Below are positions 11,100 through 23,081 of a DNA stretch of 50,259 bases, one piece after another (positions within the stretch are counted from its first letter, which is position 1; every line of letters begins with the position of its first letter). Origin of the DNA: Chiloscyllium plagiosum (lineage: Eukaryota); NCBI RefSeq assembly GCF_004010195.1, contig NC_057752.1, positions 3,958,379 to 4,008,637 on the forward strand, written 5' to 3'. The notes under the pieces are model-generated. The model saw only the letters and a program-made list of their open reading frames with translations. It did no database searches and was not told the DNA's origin. A program made the translations under genes and the position numbers.

Positions 11100-12480
11100 A
11101 CCATAAGATATAGGAACACAATTAGGCCATTCGGCCCATTGAGTGTGCTCTACCATTCGATCATGGCTGATATGTTTCTAAACTCCATTCTCCTGCTTCT
11201 CCCCATAATCCTTGATCCCCTTACCAATCAAGAACTTATCTATCTCTGTGTTAAATACAGTTAATGACTTGGCCTCTGCAGCAAAGTGTTCCACAGATTC
11301 ATCTCCCTCTAGCTGAAGAAATTCCTCCTCACCTCAGTTCTAAAGGATTGTTCCTTCACTCTGAGGCTGCTAGTCTTGGTTCCTAGTCTCTCCTAACTAG
11401 TGAAACCATCTTCTCCACATCCACTGTATCCAGGCCTCAGTAATCTGTAAGTTTTAATCAGATCTCCCCTTCATTCTTCTAAACTCCACTGAGACCCATA
11501 TGACAAACTCTTCATCCTCAGGATTTTTGTAAATCTCCTCTGGACCCCCTCCAAGGCCAGCACATTCTTCCTTAGATACAGGACCCAAAATTGCTTAAAA
11601 TATTCCAAACGCAGTCTGACCAGAGCCTTAAACAGCCTCAGCAGTACATCTCTGCTGCCTGAACTGCTGTGGTCTTCCAGCACCACTGATCCAGAATCTG
11701 GTTTCCAGCATCTGCAGTCATTGTTTTTGCCTTCCAAACTGCCAACTGAACTTGTATGTTAATCTGAAGAGAATCCTGAGCTAGGACTCCCAAGTCCCTT
11801 TGTGCTTCAGATTTCCAAAGCCGTTCCCTGTTTAGAAAATAGAGTACACCTCTCTTTTTTTCTACCTAAGTGCATAATCTCACACTTTCCCACGTTGTAT
11901 TCCATCTGCCACTTCTTTGCCCACTCTCCTGACCTGTCCAAGTCCTTCTGCAGGTGAAAGTGAGGACTGCAGATGCTGGATATCAGAGTTGAGACTGTAG
12001 TGCTGGAAAAGCACAACAGGTCAGGTAGCATCCAAGGAGCAGGTGAGTTGACATTTTGCCCGAGACATCGACTCTCCTGCTCGATGGACCACACTCTCGA
12101 CAAATCCTTCTGCAGCCTCCCCACTTCCTCAACACTACCTGTTCCTCCACCTATCTTTGTGTTAACTGCAAACTTAGCAACAACGCCCTCAGTTCCTTTG
12201 TCCAGATCATTAATGTATAACATTATTAATGTATAATAATTGTGGTGCCAACACTGAACCCTGCGGAACTGCACTAGTCACCGGCTGCCATCCTGAAAAA
12301 GCCCATTTATCCCTACTGTCAGCCTTCTACCAGTCTGCCAATCCTCTATCCATGCCAGTACCTTTCCCCTAACACCATGGGCTCTTATTTTATTTAGAAA
12401 CCTCCTGTGCGGCACCTTGTCAAAGGCCTTCTGGAAATCCAACTAGATTATATCCACTGTCTCTTCTTTGTCTAATGTGC
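11100..12480 (-). mobile_element. CR1 LINE RT/3' region, interrupted by Penelope-like fragments at about 11654-11733 and 11954-12100
   Basis: YINDLD...AKFA...LQKDLD...WQMEYNVGKC. The insertion at 11954-12100 is flanked by CAA(G/A)TCCTTCTGCAG (11939-11953 / 12101-12115). Confidence 0.88.
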
Positions 12481-12829
12481 TCGTTAGATTATTACAAAGC
12501 ACTCAAATATGATTTGTTTGCATAAGTTAAAGGATAAGTATAATTATCAATTTTCTAAAAACATAACTCAATGGAAAACTAGTGTGTTCTATGGCTAGAA
12601 AAGTTTTGCGTTACAAAAGTTATGCAATGACCAACTCGGAAGAATGTTTCACAGCACTCACATTATGTAGTTGGCCAGGCATTTCAAGATAAATAAGATT
12701 AAAGGAAAAAGATGCAGTAAGAAGTGGCCAAGGAAAAAAAACTGGAAACTGAACTTTCACTCAATTTCCCCCGACCCCACATTGTTATCGTTTGTAAATT
12801 TCTTTCCACACTCTCCACGAAGCACTAAC

Positions 12830-12935
12830 CAGCCAAGTCATAAAACTTCTCGGTTTGCAGAATGCTCGCTGCAGCCCAGAGAACCCATTGAATGGTCAAA
12901 TCGATCATCGCACATTTCACCAGGATTGAACCCAT
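12830..12935 (-). CDS. DUF1295 / steroid 5-alpha-reductase-like membrane protein, coding exon 1 (MGSILVKCAMIDLTIQWVLWAAASILQTEKFYDLA-G)
   Basis: ATG at 12935-12933; 35 codons plus 1 nt, then a GTTAGT donor. TEKFYDL is typical of DUF1295 N-termini (recalled). The phase-1 end joins the next exon in frame (G+GG=Gly). Confidence 0.9.
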
Positions 12936-13170
12936 CGTTGAGCGGCACAAAACTGAAAGCTCAGGCTGTGTCAAGCAGCTGTCACTCACAGAGCGGAAGT
13001 ACTGCTCCAGCGATTCGTGTGCTGGGAAAGGGAGTAGTGCTTTTCCTGTATGGTCTAATAGGTTGATATTGTATGCGTTGTAGTATATTAGAATACAGGG
13101 AAGAAAATAGTGCCCTTTGAGGTTAAATATTCTGGTCTTCCCTGCAGAATTATACTACAATTTCTTGTCT
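12936..13170 (-). promoter_or_regulatory. Probable 5'UTR/promoter of the DUF1295 gene, with an ETS site and ACTACA motifs
   Basis: Unique sequence with retained CpGs directly upstream of the ATG. CGGAAGT (ETS/GABPA-like) at 12994-13000. ACTACAA at 13154-13160 (+) and 13078-13084 (-), resembling the ZNF143/THAP11-associated motif. Confidence 0.5.
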
Positions 13171-13589
13171 GCAATTGCAGGAAGGTAACCGATTCATGCA
13201 GCTCTGTAAAATATATTTTAGCACCGCAACCCGAATTCAAAAGCGAAAAGAAAAGAGAGCGTATAATACAGCGTTTCACTGATGGTTTGGAGGAGAGGCA
13301 GCTGAACATTTGGCAAGCATACAGAATGCTCATATCACAGATACAGCTCATTCGGCCCATTGAGCCTGTACTCGCCCTCTGATGATGGAGCAAGTCACAC
13401 AGTGCCCCCTCTTCCCAGTCTTTTCCCTATAGTCCTGCGTTTGTTTTTCCTTTTTTTAAGATAATCCAATTTGCTTTTGAAATCCTCCTTTGCCCCTCCC
13501 TCTACCACACTGGATGAAAAAGGTTTTCATCGCTACTGAAATAACTCCCCAGAGGCTGGTATCCCCTCACCAAGTCCTCCTTTATTTAC

Positions 13590-13783
13590 ACAGAGTCCTA
13601 GAGCTGTACAGCACAGAAACAGACCCTTCAGTCCAACACGTCCATGCCAACCAGATATCCCAACCCAATCTAGTCCCACCTGCCAGCACCCAGCCCATAT
13701 CCCTCCAAACCCTTCCTATCCATGTACCCATCCAGACGCCTTTTAAAATGTTGCAATTGTACCAGCCTCCATCACTTCCTCTG
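13590..13783 (-). mobile_element. CR1 family-A 3' end
   Basis: Same tail as 31560-31740 and 39517-39720. Confidence 0.85.
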
Positions 13784-13792
13784 GAGAGTCGC

Positions 13793-14632
13793 TGACACGG
13801 ATCCAGCTCTTTCAGAGTAAACAGAGCCTCTGACTCTCCTGTTTACATTTTTTATTTTATTAAACAATTACAAAACAGTTTACAGAAAAACAGTTAACAT
13901 TTACGGCTGTATACAACAGCAATTTTACAAGGGAGAGGAGCAGCAAAGCTAGGCCCCAAACCCTACCGTTCAACCGGTTTACAGAGAGAGATGAGGACAA
14001 ACCTCAAATCCCAGTTTCACATATGACAAGACAGTGACAATGACATTTGTACATAAAAAGCTAATCCAGTTACATAAAAAAGTGCAGACAATATAGACCC
14101 AGCAAGCCCCCGCCCCTCCCACCTTCCGACCACTCTAAGGCAGCCTACCCCTACGCACCTTCCGGCTCTCGGTCCACCCCATGCCCCTTCCAGTTCTCGG
14201 TTCGCCCTGACACACCTTTCGACCACCTCTAGGACATGCCCGCCCCGGTACCCGCCCGGGGTGACAGCGGTCAGGACAGCCTACCCACCTTCCGGCTTCA
14301 GTAACCACCCTCCGCACCTTTTGACCACCTCTGGGACGGCTACCCACCTTCTGGCTCTCGGTCTGCCCCTACGTACCATTGGGCTCTCACCCACCCCGTT
14401 GCGCAGTCCAGCCAGTGGGCTATCCTGGCACACCTTCCGGCCACCTCTAGGACAGCCCGTCCCCTTCCCTGGGAGGGCAGTGTGCAGGGTAGCCCACAAG
14501 TCTTCCAGATCTCAGCCTGCCCCTACGCGCCTTCTGGCTCTCGGCTGCTCCGACACCTTTCGACCACGTCTAGGACAGCCCGTCCCGATTACCCTTTCTC
14601 GGGACAACAGCGCTCAGAACGGCCTACCCACC
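13793..14632 (-). mobile_element. Unclassified CpG-rich element with internal modular repeats, possibly a long LTR, cut by the gap
   Basis: Begins TGACACGG; TTTATT (AATAAA on minus) about 60 bp inside; CACCTTTCGACCACCTCTAGGAC-like module present four times. Confidence 0.4.
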
Positions 14633-15132
14633 NNNNNNNNNNNNNNNNNNNNNNNNNNNNNNNNNNNNNNNNNNNNNNNNNNNNNNNNNNNNNNNNNNNN
14701 NNNNNNNNNNNNNNNNNNNNNNNNNNNNNNNNNNNNNNNNNNNNNNNNNNNNNNNNNNNNNNNNNNNNNNNNNNNNNNNNNNNNNNNNNNNNNNNNNNNN
14801 NNNNNNNNNNNNNNNNNNNNNNNNNNNNNNNNNNNNNNNNNNNNNNNNNNNNNNNNNNNNNNNNNNNNNNNNNNNNNNNNNNNNNNNNNNNNNNNNNNNN
14901 NNNNNNNNNNNNNNNNNNNNNNNNNNNNNNNNNNNNNNNNNNNNNNNNNNNNNNNNNNNNNNNNNNNNNNNNNNNNNNNNNNNNNNNNNNNNNNNNNNNN
15001 NNNNNNNNNNNNNNNNNNNNNNNNNNNNNNNNNNNNNNNNNNNNNNNNNNNNNNNNNNNNNNNNNNNNNNNNNNNNNNNNNNNNNNNNNNNNNNNNNNNN
15101 NNNNNNNNNNNNNNNNNNNNNNNNNNNNNNNN
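14633..15132. other. Assembly gap, exactly 500 N (fixed-size scaffolding join)
   Basis: Counted N run. Confidence 0.99.
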
Positions 15133-15867
15133 CTTGTGTTTTCAAATAAACCTTTTTCACTATAACCTAGTGTTGTGTGATTTTTGACTTTGTCCACCCC
15201 AGTCCAACATCGGCTCCTCCACATCATTTGAACATGGATTGCTTCAGTATCTGAGGATTGGCTGGGTTGGATTTGTCCTGCTTTTTATGTACAGGACATA
15301 CCTGGGCAATTTCCTACATTGTTGGATAAATGCCAGTGTTGTAACTGATAATGCATTGGTTAGAGTCATAGTCATACAGATGTACAGCATGGAAACAGAC
15401 CCTTCAGGCCAGCACTTTACTGAATATTCTTAATTGCTCTTGAGAAGTGGTAATGAATTGCCTTCTTGAATTCAACTGAGGGACGTTAAGAATGGGCCTG
15501 GAGTCACATGTAGGCTGGACCATCTAAAGATAGCAGATTACCTTCCATAACGGGCACGAGTGAAGCAGCGTTTTTTTTACAGCAATCTATTTCTTTCATT
15601 GTCATAAGTACTGAGATTGGTATTTTTAACTCTAGATTTATTTAACCAGTTAAACTTGAATTTCCCCGCTGCTGTGGGATTTATTTGAACTTAAGTCACC
15701 AGTGCACCAGCTTATGGCATCATTCAGCTGATCACTGTGCTCTCGCTACCCTGTAACCAGTTCATCACCGTGTCGCAGTGTTAACTTTCATAGACACGCG
15801 TTATAGAGCCACACTGTGGTGAAACAGATTTACTGCAGCTATTGCAAAGCAATAAAAGACTGGCACA

Positions 15868-15948
15868 CAGCGCCGCTGGTGGCCAATAATCGCTACTTCA
15901 ACAAGCTGCATTTGTTTCAGAACTGGTTACACGGCCACCTTGTGGCGA
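15868..15948 (-). promoter_or_regulatory. Pair of CTCF-like motifs
   Basis: Minus strand reads CGCCACAAGGTGGCC (about 15933-15947) and TGGCCACCAGCGGCGCTG (about 15868-15885, one base short of consensus), in unique CpG-retaining sequence. Confidence 0.35.
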
Positions 15949-16080
15949 ACTGTACGTCATGAATGTAATGCACAGTATTTGTAAAGATCTGGGAACGTAT
16001 TAGAACTCGATGTGGACTTGTAAAGTGTCTCTTCATATGCCATGATTGGCAATCGATCTGTAGTTGCTTATTCCTCAACA

Positions 16081-16945
16081 ATTTTCGAAAGTCAAATCAA
16101 GGTAGGAGTTTAATGGTGAATAATTGGTCCTTAAGGAGTGTAGTGGAACAGAGTTCAGGTGCATTGTTCCCTGAAAGTGGAGCCACAGGTAGACAGGGCA
16201 GCAAAGAAGGCTTTTGGCACACTGGCCTTCATCAGTCAGAGTATGGAAGGTGGGAAATTATGTTGCAGTTATACAGCACATTGGTGAGGCTGCACTTGGA
16301 GTATTATATTAGATTAGATTACATTACATAACAGTGTGGAAACAGGCCCTTTGGCCCAACAAGTCCACATCGACCCACCACCCACCCCGACATTTACCCC
16401 TTACCTAACTTGTGTTCAGTTTTCGTCACCTTGCTATGGGAAGGATGTAATTAAACTGGAAAGAGTGCAGAAGAAATTTACAAGGATGTTGCCAGCACTT
16501 AATGGTCTGAGTTACAGGGAGAGGTTGGACAAGCTAGGACTTTTTTCCATTAGAGCGTAGGAGATTGAGGGGGGACCCTATAGAAGTGTATAAGATCATG
16601 AGAGGGATGGATAGGGTGAATGCACTGTCTTTTTCCCAGGTTGGGGAAACAAGGACTAGAGGGCATCAGTTTAAGGTTAGCAGGGAAAGAACAAAAGGGA
16701 ATCGGAGGGGCAACCTTTTTACACAGAAGGTTTTACGCTTATAGAATGAGCTGCCAGCGGAAGTGGTTGAGGCGGGTACATGAACAACATTTAAAAGGCA
16801 TTTGGACAAATACATGGATAGGAAAGGAATGGAAGGATATGGGCCAAGTGCAGGGAAATTGAGTTAGCGTGGATGGACATTTTGGTCAGAATGGACCAGT
16901 TTGGCCCAAAGGATCTATCTCCGTGCTATAGGACTCTATAACTCT
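16081..16945 (+). mobile_element. 5'-truncated CR1 with an antisense HE1 tail inserted at about 16308-16410
   Basis: LYSTLVRLHLEY...LERVQKKFTRMLP; ends GACTCTATAACTCTA. Confidence 0.88.
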
Positions 16946-17609
16946 AATTGCATTTATATAACACTTTTAACATGCCATAGGCACCTCATAGGATTAATAT
17001 CAAATCAAATTCAAAACTGAGCCAGATAAAGAGAATTTTCGATAGGTGACCAAAAGATTTGTCAAAGAGATAGTTTTTAATATGTCTTTTGGAAGAGGAG
17101 AGGGAGGTGATGAAGTCAAGAGATTTAGCAAGGAAATCCAGAGCTTGGAACCAAGTTAACTGAAGGCACTGCTGCAAATAGAAAGGGATTTTCTTTTCCA
17201 TTTAATTCAGACATGGATGTAGGGAGGGAGCATTTAAAAAATTTATTCATTCATAGAATGCAGCCATCATTGACAAAGCGTACATGTATTTTCCACTGTC
17301 AAGGTGAACTGCCTTCTCGAATACATCAGACAGATTTGTCCTGCCATTTCAGAGGACAGCTAAAATTCAACCACATTGCTGTGAGTCTGGAGTCACATGC
17401 AGACTAGACAGGATCAGGATAGCAGATTTCCTTCCCTTAAGGACATTAGTGAGTCAGATGGGTTTATACAACAATCTGGTAGTTTCATAGTCACCATTCT
17501 TGATACTAATTTTTTTTATTCTCGATTTATTTATTTGCTTCAATGTATATTCCCCAGCTGCCAAGAGGGAATTTAAACGCATGTGTCTGGACCAGTCAAT
17601 GATAAGAAT

Positions 17610-19540
17610 GAAGCATTTGCAAGGCCCTTCAGCCAGAGTGGATGATCTATCTCGGATTTCTCTAGAGGTCCCCACCATCATAGATGCCAGTTCTCAGCCA
17701 ATTCGATTCACTGCATGTGTCATCAAGAAACGGTTGGAGGCAATGGATATTACAATGGCTATGGGTCCTGACAACATTCTGGTAATAGTACTGAAGAATT
17801 GTCCTTTAGAACTTGCCACTCCTCTAGCCAAGCTATTCCAGTACAGTTACAAGACTGTGGAAAGTTGCCCAAGTATGTCCTGTACATAAAAGCAAGACAA
17901 ATCCAACCCGGCTGCATCAGTTTACTTTTGATCATCAGTAAAATGATGGAAGGTGCCACCCACAGTGCTATCAAGCAGCACCTGCTCAGCAATAACCTGC
18001 TCAGTGACGCCCAGTTTGGGTTCCACCTGGGTCACTCAGCTCCTGACCTCATTACAGCCTTGGTTCAAACATGGACAAAAGAGCTGAATTCCAGAGGGGA
18101 GGGGAGAGGGACAGCCCTTGACATCAAGGCTGCATTCAACTGAGTGTGATATCAAGGAGCCCGAGCAAAACTGGAATCAATGGGTATCGGGGGCAAGCTC
18201 GCCGCTGGTCGGAGTCATACCTGACACATAGGAAGATGTTGTGGTTGTTGGAGGTCAGTCATCTCAGCTCCAAGACATGTCTGCAGGAGTTCCTCAGGAT
18301 AATGTCCTTGGCCTAACCGTTCTCATCTGCATCAAAGATCCTCCCTTTATCATAAGGTCAGAAGTGGGGATGTTCACTGATGACTTCACAACATTCCAAT
18401 ACCATTCACCACTCCGCAGACATCAAGACTATCTGGGTGGCACAGTGGCTCAGTGGTTAGCATAAATGCCTCACAGTGTCAGGGATCTGCGATTGATTCC
18501 AGCCTTGGACAACTGGCTGTGTAGAGTGTGCACATTCTCCCATGTCTTTGTGGGTCTCCTCTGGGTGCTCCAGTTTCCTCCCACAGTTCAAAGATGTGCA
18601 ACTTAGGTGGATTGACATTGGGAAATGCAGGATTGCACAGATAGGGTGTGCCTGGGTGGCATGTTCTTCAGAGTATTGATGTAGACTTGATGGGTCAAAT
18701 GGTCTCTTTCTGCATTGCAGGGATTCTATTATTCTGTATCCAAAAGCAACAAGATTTGGACAATATCCTGGTTTGGGCTGACAATTGGCAAGTAACATTC
18801 ATACTACACAAGTGGCACACAATTACCATTGTGAACAAGAGACAGTCTAATCATTGCTCCTTGACGTTCAATGACATCCCTATTACTGAATCCCCCACTA
18901 CCAAAATCCTGTTGGTTACCACTGACCAGAAACTAAACTGGACTAGCCAAATAATACATTGGCTACAAGAGCAGGTGAAAGGCTAGGAATAATGCAGCGA
19001 GTAACTCACCTCCTGACTCCCCAAAGCCTGTTCATTATCTATGAAGCACAAGTCAGGAGTGTGATGGAATACTCTCCATTTTCCTGAATGATTGCAGCTC
19101 CAATAACACTCAAGAAGCTTGACACCATCCAAGCCCACTTGATTGGCACCACATCCACTCCCACTACCACCAACACTCATTAGCATCAGTGTGTCTATCT
19201 ACAAGATTCACTGCAGAAATTCACCAAAGATCCTTAGACAGCACATTCTAAACCCACAACCACTTCCATCTAGAAGGACAAGGGCAACAGAAACATGGCA
19301 ACACCATCACCTTCAAGTTCCCCTCCAAACCACTCACCATCCTGACTTGGAAATATATCACTGTGCCTTCACTGTCACTGGGTGAATATCCTGGGAATTC
19401 CCTCCCTAACAGCATGTTGGGTGTATCTACAGCATATAGGCCACTGTGGTTCAAGAAGGCAGCTCACCACCTTCTCAAGAGCGCTAGGGATGGGCAATAA
19501 TTGCTGGCCCAACCAGTGACAATCACATCCCATGAATGAA
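17610..19540 (+). mobile_element. Decayed CR1-group LINE family B (RT to 3' tail) with an HE1 SINE inserted at about 18435-18735
   Basis: RT motifs AMGPDNI, QFGF, ALDIKAAF, GVPQDNVLG and MFTDD; tail ending ATGAATGAAT. Confidence 0.88.
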
Positions 19541-19689
19541 TCATAAACATATTCTATTTGCCTGGATTCCTAGACAAGTAAGTTGAGCACTATGTTGTCA
19601 AACCCCACTAGGAGTCTGTGGAGGAGCTTGAAAACAAGATGAGAATAATAAACTTCAGGTATTGTTGGACTGGGAATGGATGCCAATTA

Positions 19690-21612
19690 GTGTGCACAGT
19701 GAATGATGTGTGGATACAAAATTGACTGAGTGATAGGAAATAGAGAGCAGATCAATCTGTACTTTTCCAGCTAGAGCAAGGTTTGTAGTGGAGATCCCCG
19801 GGGGTTGGTATGGGGACCCTTGCTTTTCCTGATTAATATTAATGATCTGGACCTTGGTGTGCAGGGGACAGTTTGCAGAAGACGTGAAATGTGGAAGAAT
19901 TGTAAACCACAAGGAGGACAGTGTGGAGCTCCAAAAGGACATTGACAATTTGGTGGAGTAGGTGGAGAGGCTGCAGATGAGGTTCAATGTACTACGATAG
20001 TAAAGATCTTGTGAAACTTGAGAGGGTATAAAGATTTACAAAGATGTTGCTGTGGTAGCAGGGTTTGAGCTATGGGGAGAGGCTAAATAGACTGAGGCTG
20101 TATTCCCTGGAGTGTCGGAGGCTGAGGGGTATAGAGATTTATAAAATCATGAGGGGCATGGATAGGATGAATAGCAGGGGAGTCTAGAACTGGAGGGCAT
20201 AGGTTTAAGGTGAGAGGGGAAAGATTTAAAAGGAACCTAAGGGGAAATATTTTCATACAGAGGGTGGTGCGTGTATGGGATGAGCTGCCAGAGGAAGTGA
20301 TGGAGGCTGATACAATTACAACACTTAAAAGGCATCTGGATGGGTATATGAATAGGAAGGGCTTAGGGGGATAGCTGGCAGGTGGGACTAGATCAGTTTA
20401 GTCACGGTGGCTCAGTGGTTAGCACTGCTGCCTCACAGCGCTGGGGACCCAGGTTCAATCCCAGCTTCGGGCAACTGTCTGTGTGGAGTATGTACATTCT
20501 TCTGTGTCTGCGTGGGTTTCCTTTGGCTGCTCCAGTTTCTTCCTACAGTCCAAAGGTGTGCAGGTCAGATGGATTGGCCGTGTTAAATTGCCCATAATGT
20601 TCAGGGATGTGTAGGTTAGGTACCTTAGTCAGGGGTAATAGGGTAGGGGAATGGGTCTGCGTGGGTTACTCTTCAGAGGGTTGGTGTGGACTTGTTGGGC
20701 TGAATGGCCTGTTTCCACACTGTAAGGATTCTATTATTCTATGATATCAGGTTGGCACAGGTGAGTTGGACTGAAGGATCTGTTTCCATGCTGTATGATT
20801 CTGTGTCTCTCTAAGTATGAGGTAATGCAGTTTGGTAGGAAGAACATTGAAAGGCAATGCAAAAGACAGAATACAATTTGAACTGGGTGCAGGAGCAGAG
20901 GGGGCTGGGTGTATCTGTGCACAGATCATCGAAGGTGGCAGAACAGGTGGCGAGAGCAGTTAATAAAACACACAGTGTCCTCAGCTTTATTAATAGGGAC
21001 ATAGAGAACAAGAGCAGGGAGGTGATGTTGAACTTGTACAAGACCCTTGTTAGACCTCAGCTGGAGGGTTGTGTCCAGTTGTGGGCCCCACACTATAGGA
21101 AAGATGTGAACACATTGGAGAGAGAGGGCAGGAGGGATTTACCAGAATGGTTCCAGGGATGAGAAACTTCAGTGAGGAGGAGAGATTGGAGACATTGGGA
21201 CTGTTCTCCTTGGGGAGAAGGAGGCTGAGAGGGAGATCTGAGAGAGGGTTCCAACATCATGGGGGGAGGGGGCTGGACAGAGTAGATCAGGAGAAGCTGT
21301 TCCCACATGGAAAAAGAACAGGAATGAGGGGGACAGAGATTGAAGGGGATGAAGTGAGGGAGAGGTGAGGAAAACCTTTCTCCCCCAGCGAGTAGTTAGG
21401 GTCTGGAATGTACTGCCTGGGAATGTGGGGGAGGCAGATTCCATTGAGGTATTTGATGGATTGAATGATTTTTTGGGAGAAAAATGGTGTGGAAAGGCAT
21501 GGGGACAAGACAGAAAATCAGCTCTAGGTAGTGATACTTGTTTAACAAGCTGGTGCAGATCCAATGGGTCGAATGGCCTCCTTCTGCACCGTAACAATTC
21601 TGTGATTCTGTG
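19690..21612 (+). mobile_element. Three-layer nest: older CR1 containing a younger CR1 (about 20000-20810) containing an HE1 SINE (about 20402-20740)
   Basis: Outer RT text breaks after ...CAGATGAGGTTCAATG (about 19990) and resumes at AAGTATGAGGTAATGCAG (about 20813). LYKTLVRPQLE lies downstream. Confidence 0.8.
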
Positions 21613-21859
21613 AATAAGACTTGATGAATTAGTACATAGGCTGCAAAGTTTTGGATGAGTTCAGGCTTACGGAGGTTGGAAGGCAGCTGGCTGACCAGAC
21701 CCCATTTTCTAGGCACAAGAAAGTCCAATGACAGAGGCCATGCATCACCTGAGTATAGGGGAGCTGACACTCCTCCAGCACTACTGACAGCCCATATTCT
21801 GATTGGTGAAAGATGGAAAAGTCGGGAAAAGCCAAGAGTAACTGAGGGAGGAGGTGGCA

Positions 21860-22082
21860 GAAAGAGAGAGAGAGAGCGCAATACAGAGTTAGAGTTGTCG
21901 ACACACAGATCTGGAAGAGAGATGGAAAGAGGGAGGGAATAAAAGAGAGAAAGAGGGAAGGAAAGAGAGGGAAGGATGAAGAGAGAAAGAGAGGGGGCGA
22001 AATGGAGAGGCATAGAGGAGGAGAGGCAGAGAGAAGAGGAAGAGGGATGGAGAGGAGAGGAAGAGAGATGGAGAGGAGGAGA
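21860..22082. repeat. Polypurine (GA-rich) low-complexity tract
   Basis: Mostly A/G on the + strand, especially from about 21915 on. Confidence 0.9.
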
Positions 22083-22233
22083 TCCCAAGTAAGGTTTGAG
22101 CCCACAAGCTTCATGGTAAGAGTGTAACCACTGAAACAAGCTGGCACTCAGACAACATTGTAATATTAATGCTTAACAAATAAGTTATTGATAAATGCTA
22201 CAACTTTAGTGTTGCAGAGAAAGAAGACACATT

Positions 22234-22269
22234 TTGTCAAAGCTTTTCATCTTGTACTTGTCAGGACAA
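22234..22269 (-). ncRNA. CpG-decayed hammerhead motif of a third family
   Basis: ttgtc-CTGACAA-gtacaagat-GAAA-agct-TT-gacaa; perfect 5-bp stem I and a palindromic AAGCTT. Confidence 0.5.
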
Positions 22270-22278
22270 TTTGCAATT

Positions 22279-22605
22279 GGGGCAGCACGGTGGCTCAGTG
22301 GTTACCACGGCTGCCTCACAGCACCAGGGACCTGGGTTTGATTCCAGCCTCGGGACCGTTTGGAGTTTGCACATTCTCCTGGTGTCTGTGTGGGTTTCCT
22401 CCCACAGTCCAAAGTCGTGCATGTTAGATAAATTGGCCGTGCTGAATTGCCCATTGTGTTCAGGGATGTGTAGGCTAGGTGTATTAGTTAGGGGGAAATG
22501 TAGAGTCTAGGGTAGGGGAATAGGCCTGGGTGGGATACTCTTTGGAGGGTCGGTGTGGATTTTGTTGGGCCGAATAGCCTGTTTCCATATTGTAGGGACT
22601 CTGTG
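22279..22605 (+). mobile_element. HE1-type SINE, apparently inserted into a third Penelope-like family fragment
   Basis: GGCAGCACGGTGGCTCAGTGG head through the GGGCCGAATAGCCTGTTTCC tail. Confidence 0.85.
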
Positions 22606-22874
22606 AATACCAATTCAAGGGGAAACCAACATTAATATTGCATGAGAACAGATGGGTTAGCAAGCATTTGTAAGTTCAGCCCCTCCCCAGCTAGCTAGGT
22701 TAAAGTTACCATTGGATGTCTGTTACACGTCTGCCATAGTAATGTCAACCAAGTGGCAGAGGGTCTGAGGGACATTTGGGAACAATGTATACATAGTTTC
22801 CAAAGCCTATCTCATGGTCATGTACTGAATAAGCAGGGGAACAGGATTATTAATTCACACAGCCATCCTCTGCT

Positions 22875-23081
22875 ATGTTTTGGAGATGCCGGTGTTGGAC
22901 TGGGGTGGACAAAGTTAAAAATCCCACAACACCAGGTTATAGTCCAACAGGTTTAATTGGAAACACTAGCTTTTGGAGTGTTGGTCATTAGGTGATTGTG
23001 GATGAAGGAGCTGCGCTCCGAAAGCTAGAGTGCTTCCAATTAAATCTGTTGGACTATAACCAGGTGTTGTGTGATTTTTAA
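22875..23081 (-). mobile_element. Penelope-like fold-back element (family 1)
   Basis: Inverted arms ACAACACCAGGTTATAGTCCAACAG / CTGTTGGACTATAACCAGGTGTTGT; imperfect flanking repeat CCATC(CT)CTGCTATG / CCATCTGCTATG. Confidence 0.8.

Noticed and set aside
21671..21798. Minus-strand exon-like segment (AG...GTAAGC, 128 nt, phase 1 to 0) as the missing FAIM2 exon 3
   Set aside because: The phases fit, but the peptide (YGLSVVLEECQLPYTQVMHGLCHWTFLCLENGVWSASCLPTS) lacks the conserved WDD...RRxFxRK; at best a cryptic exon.
21396..22147. 247-aa and 172-aa minus-strand ORFs
   Set aside because: Stop-poor because they cross the GA-rich tract; no recognisable domain.
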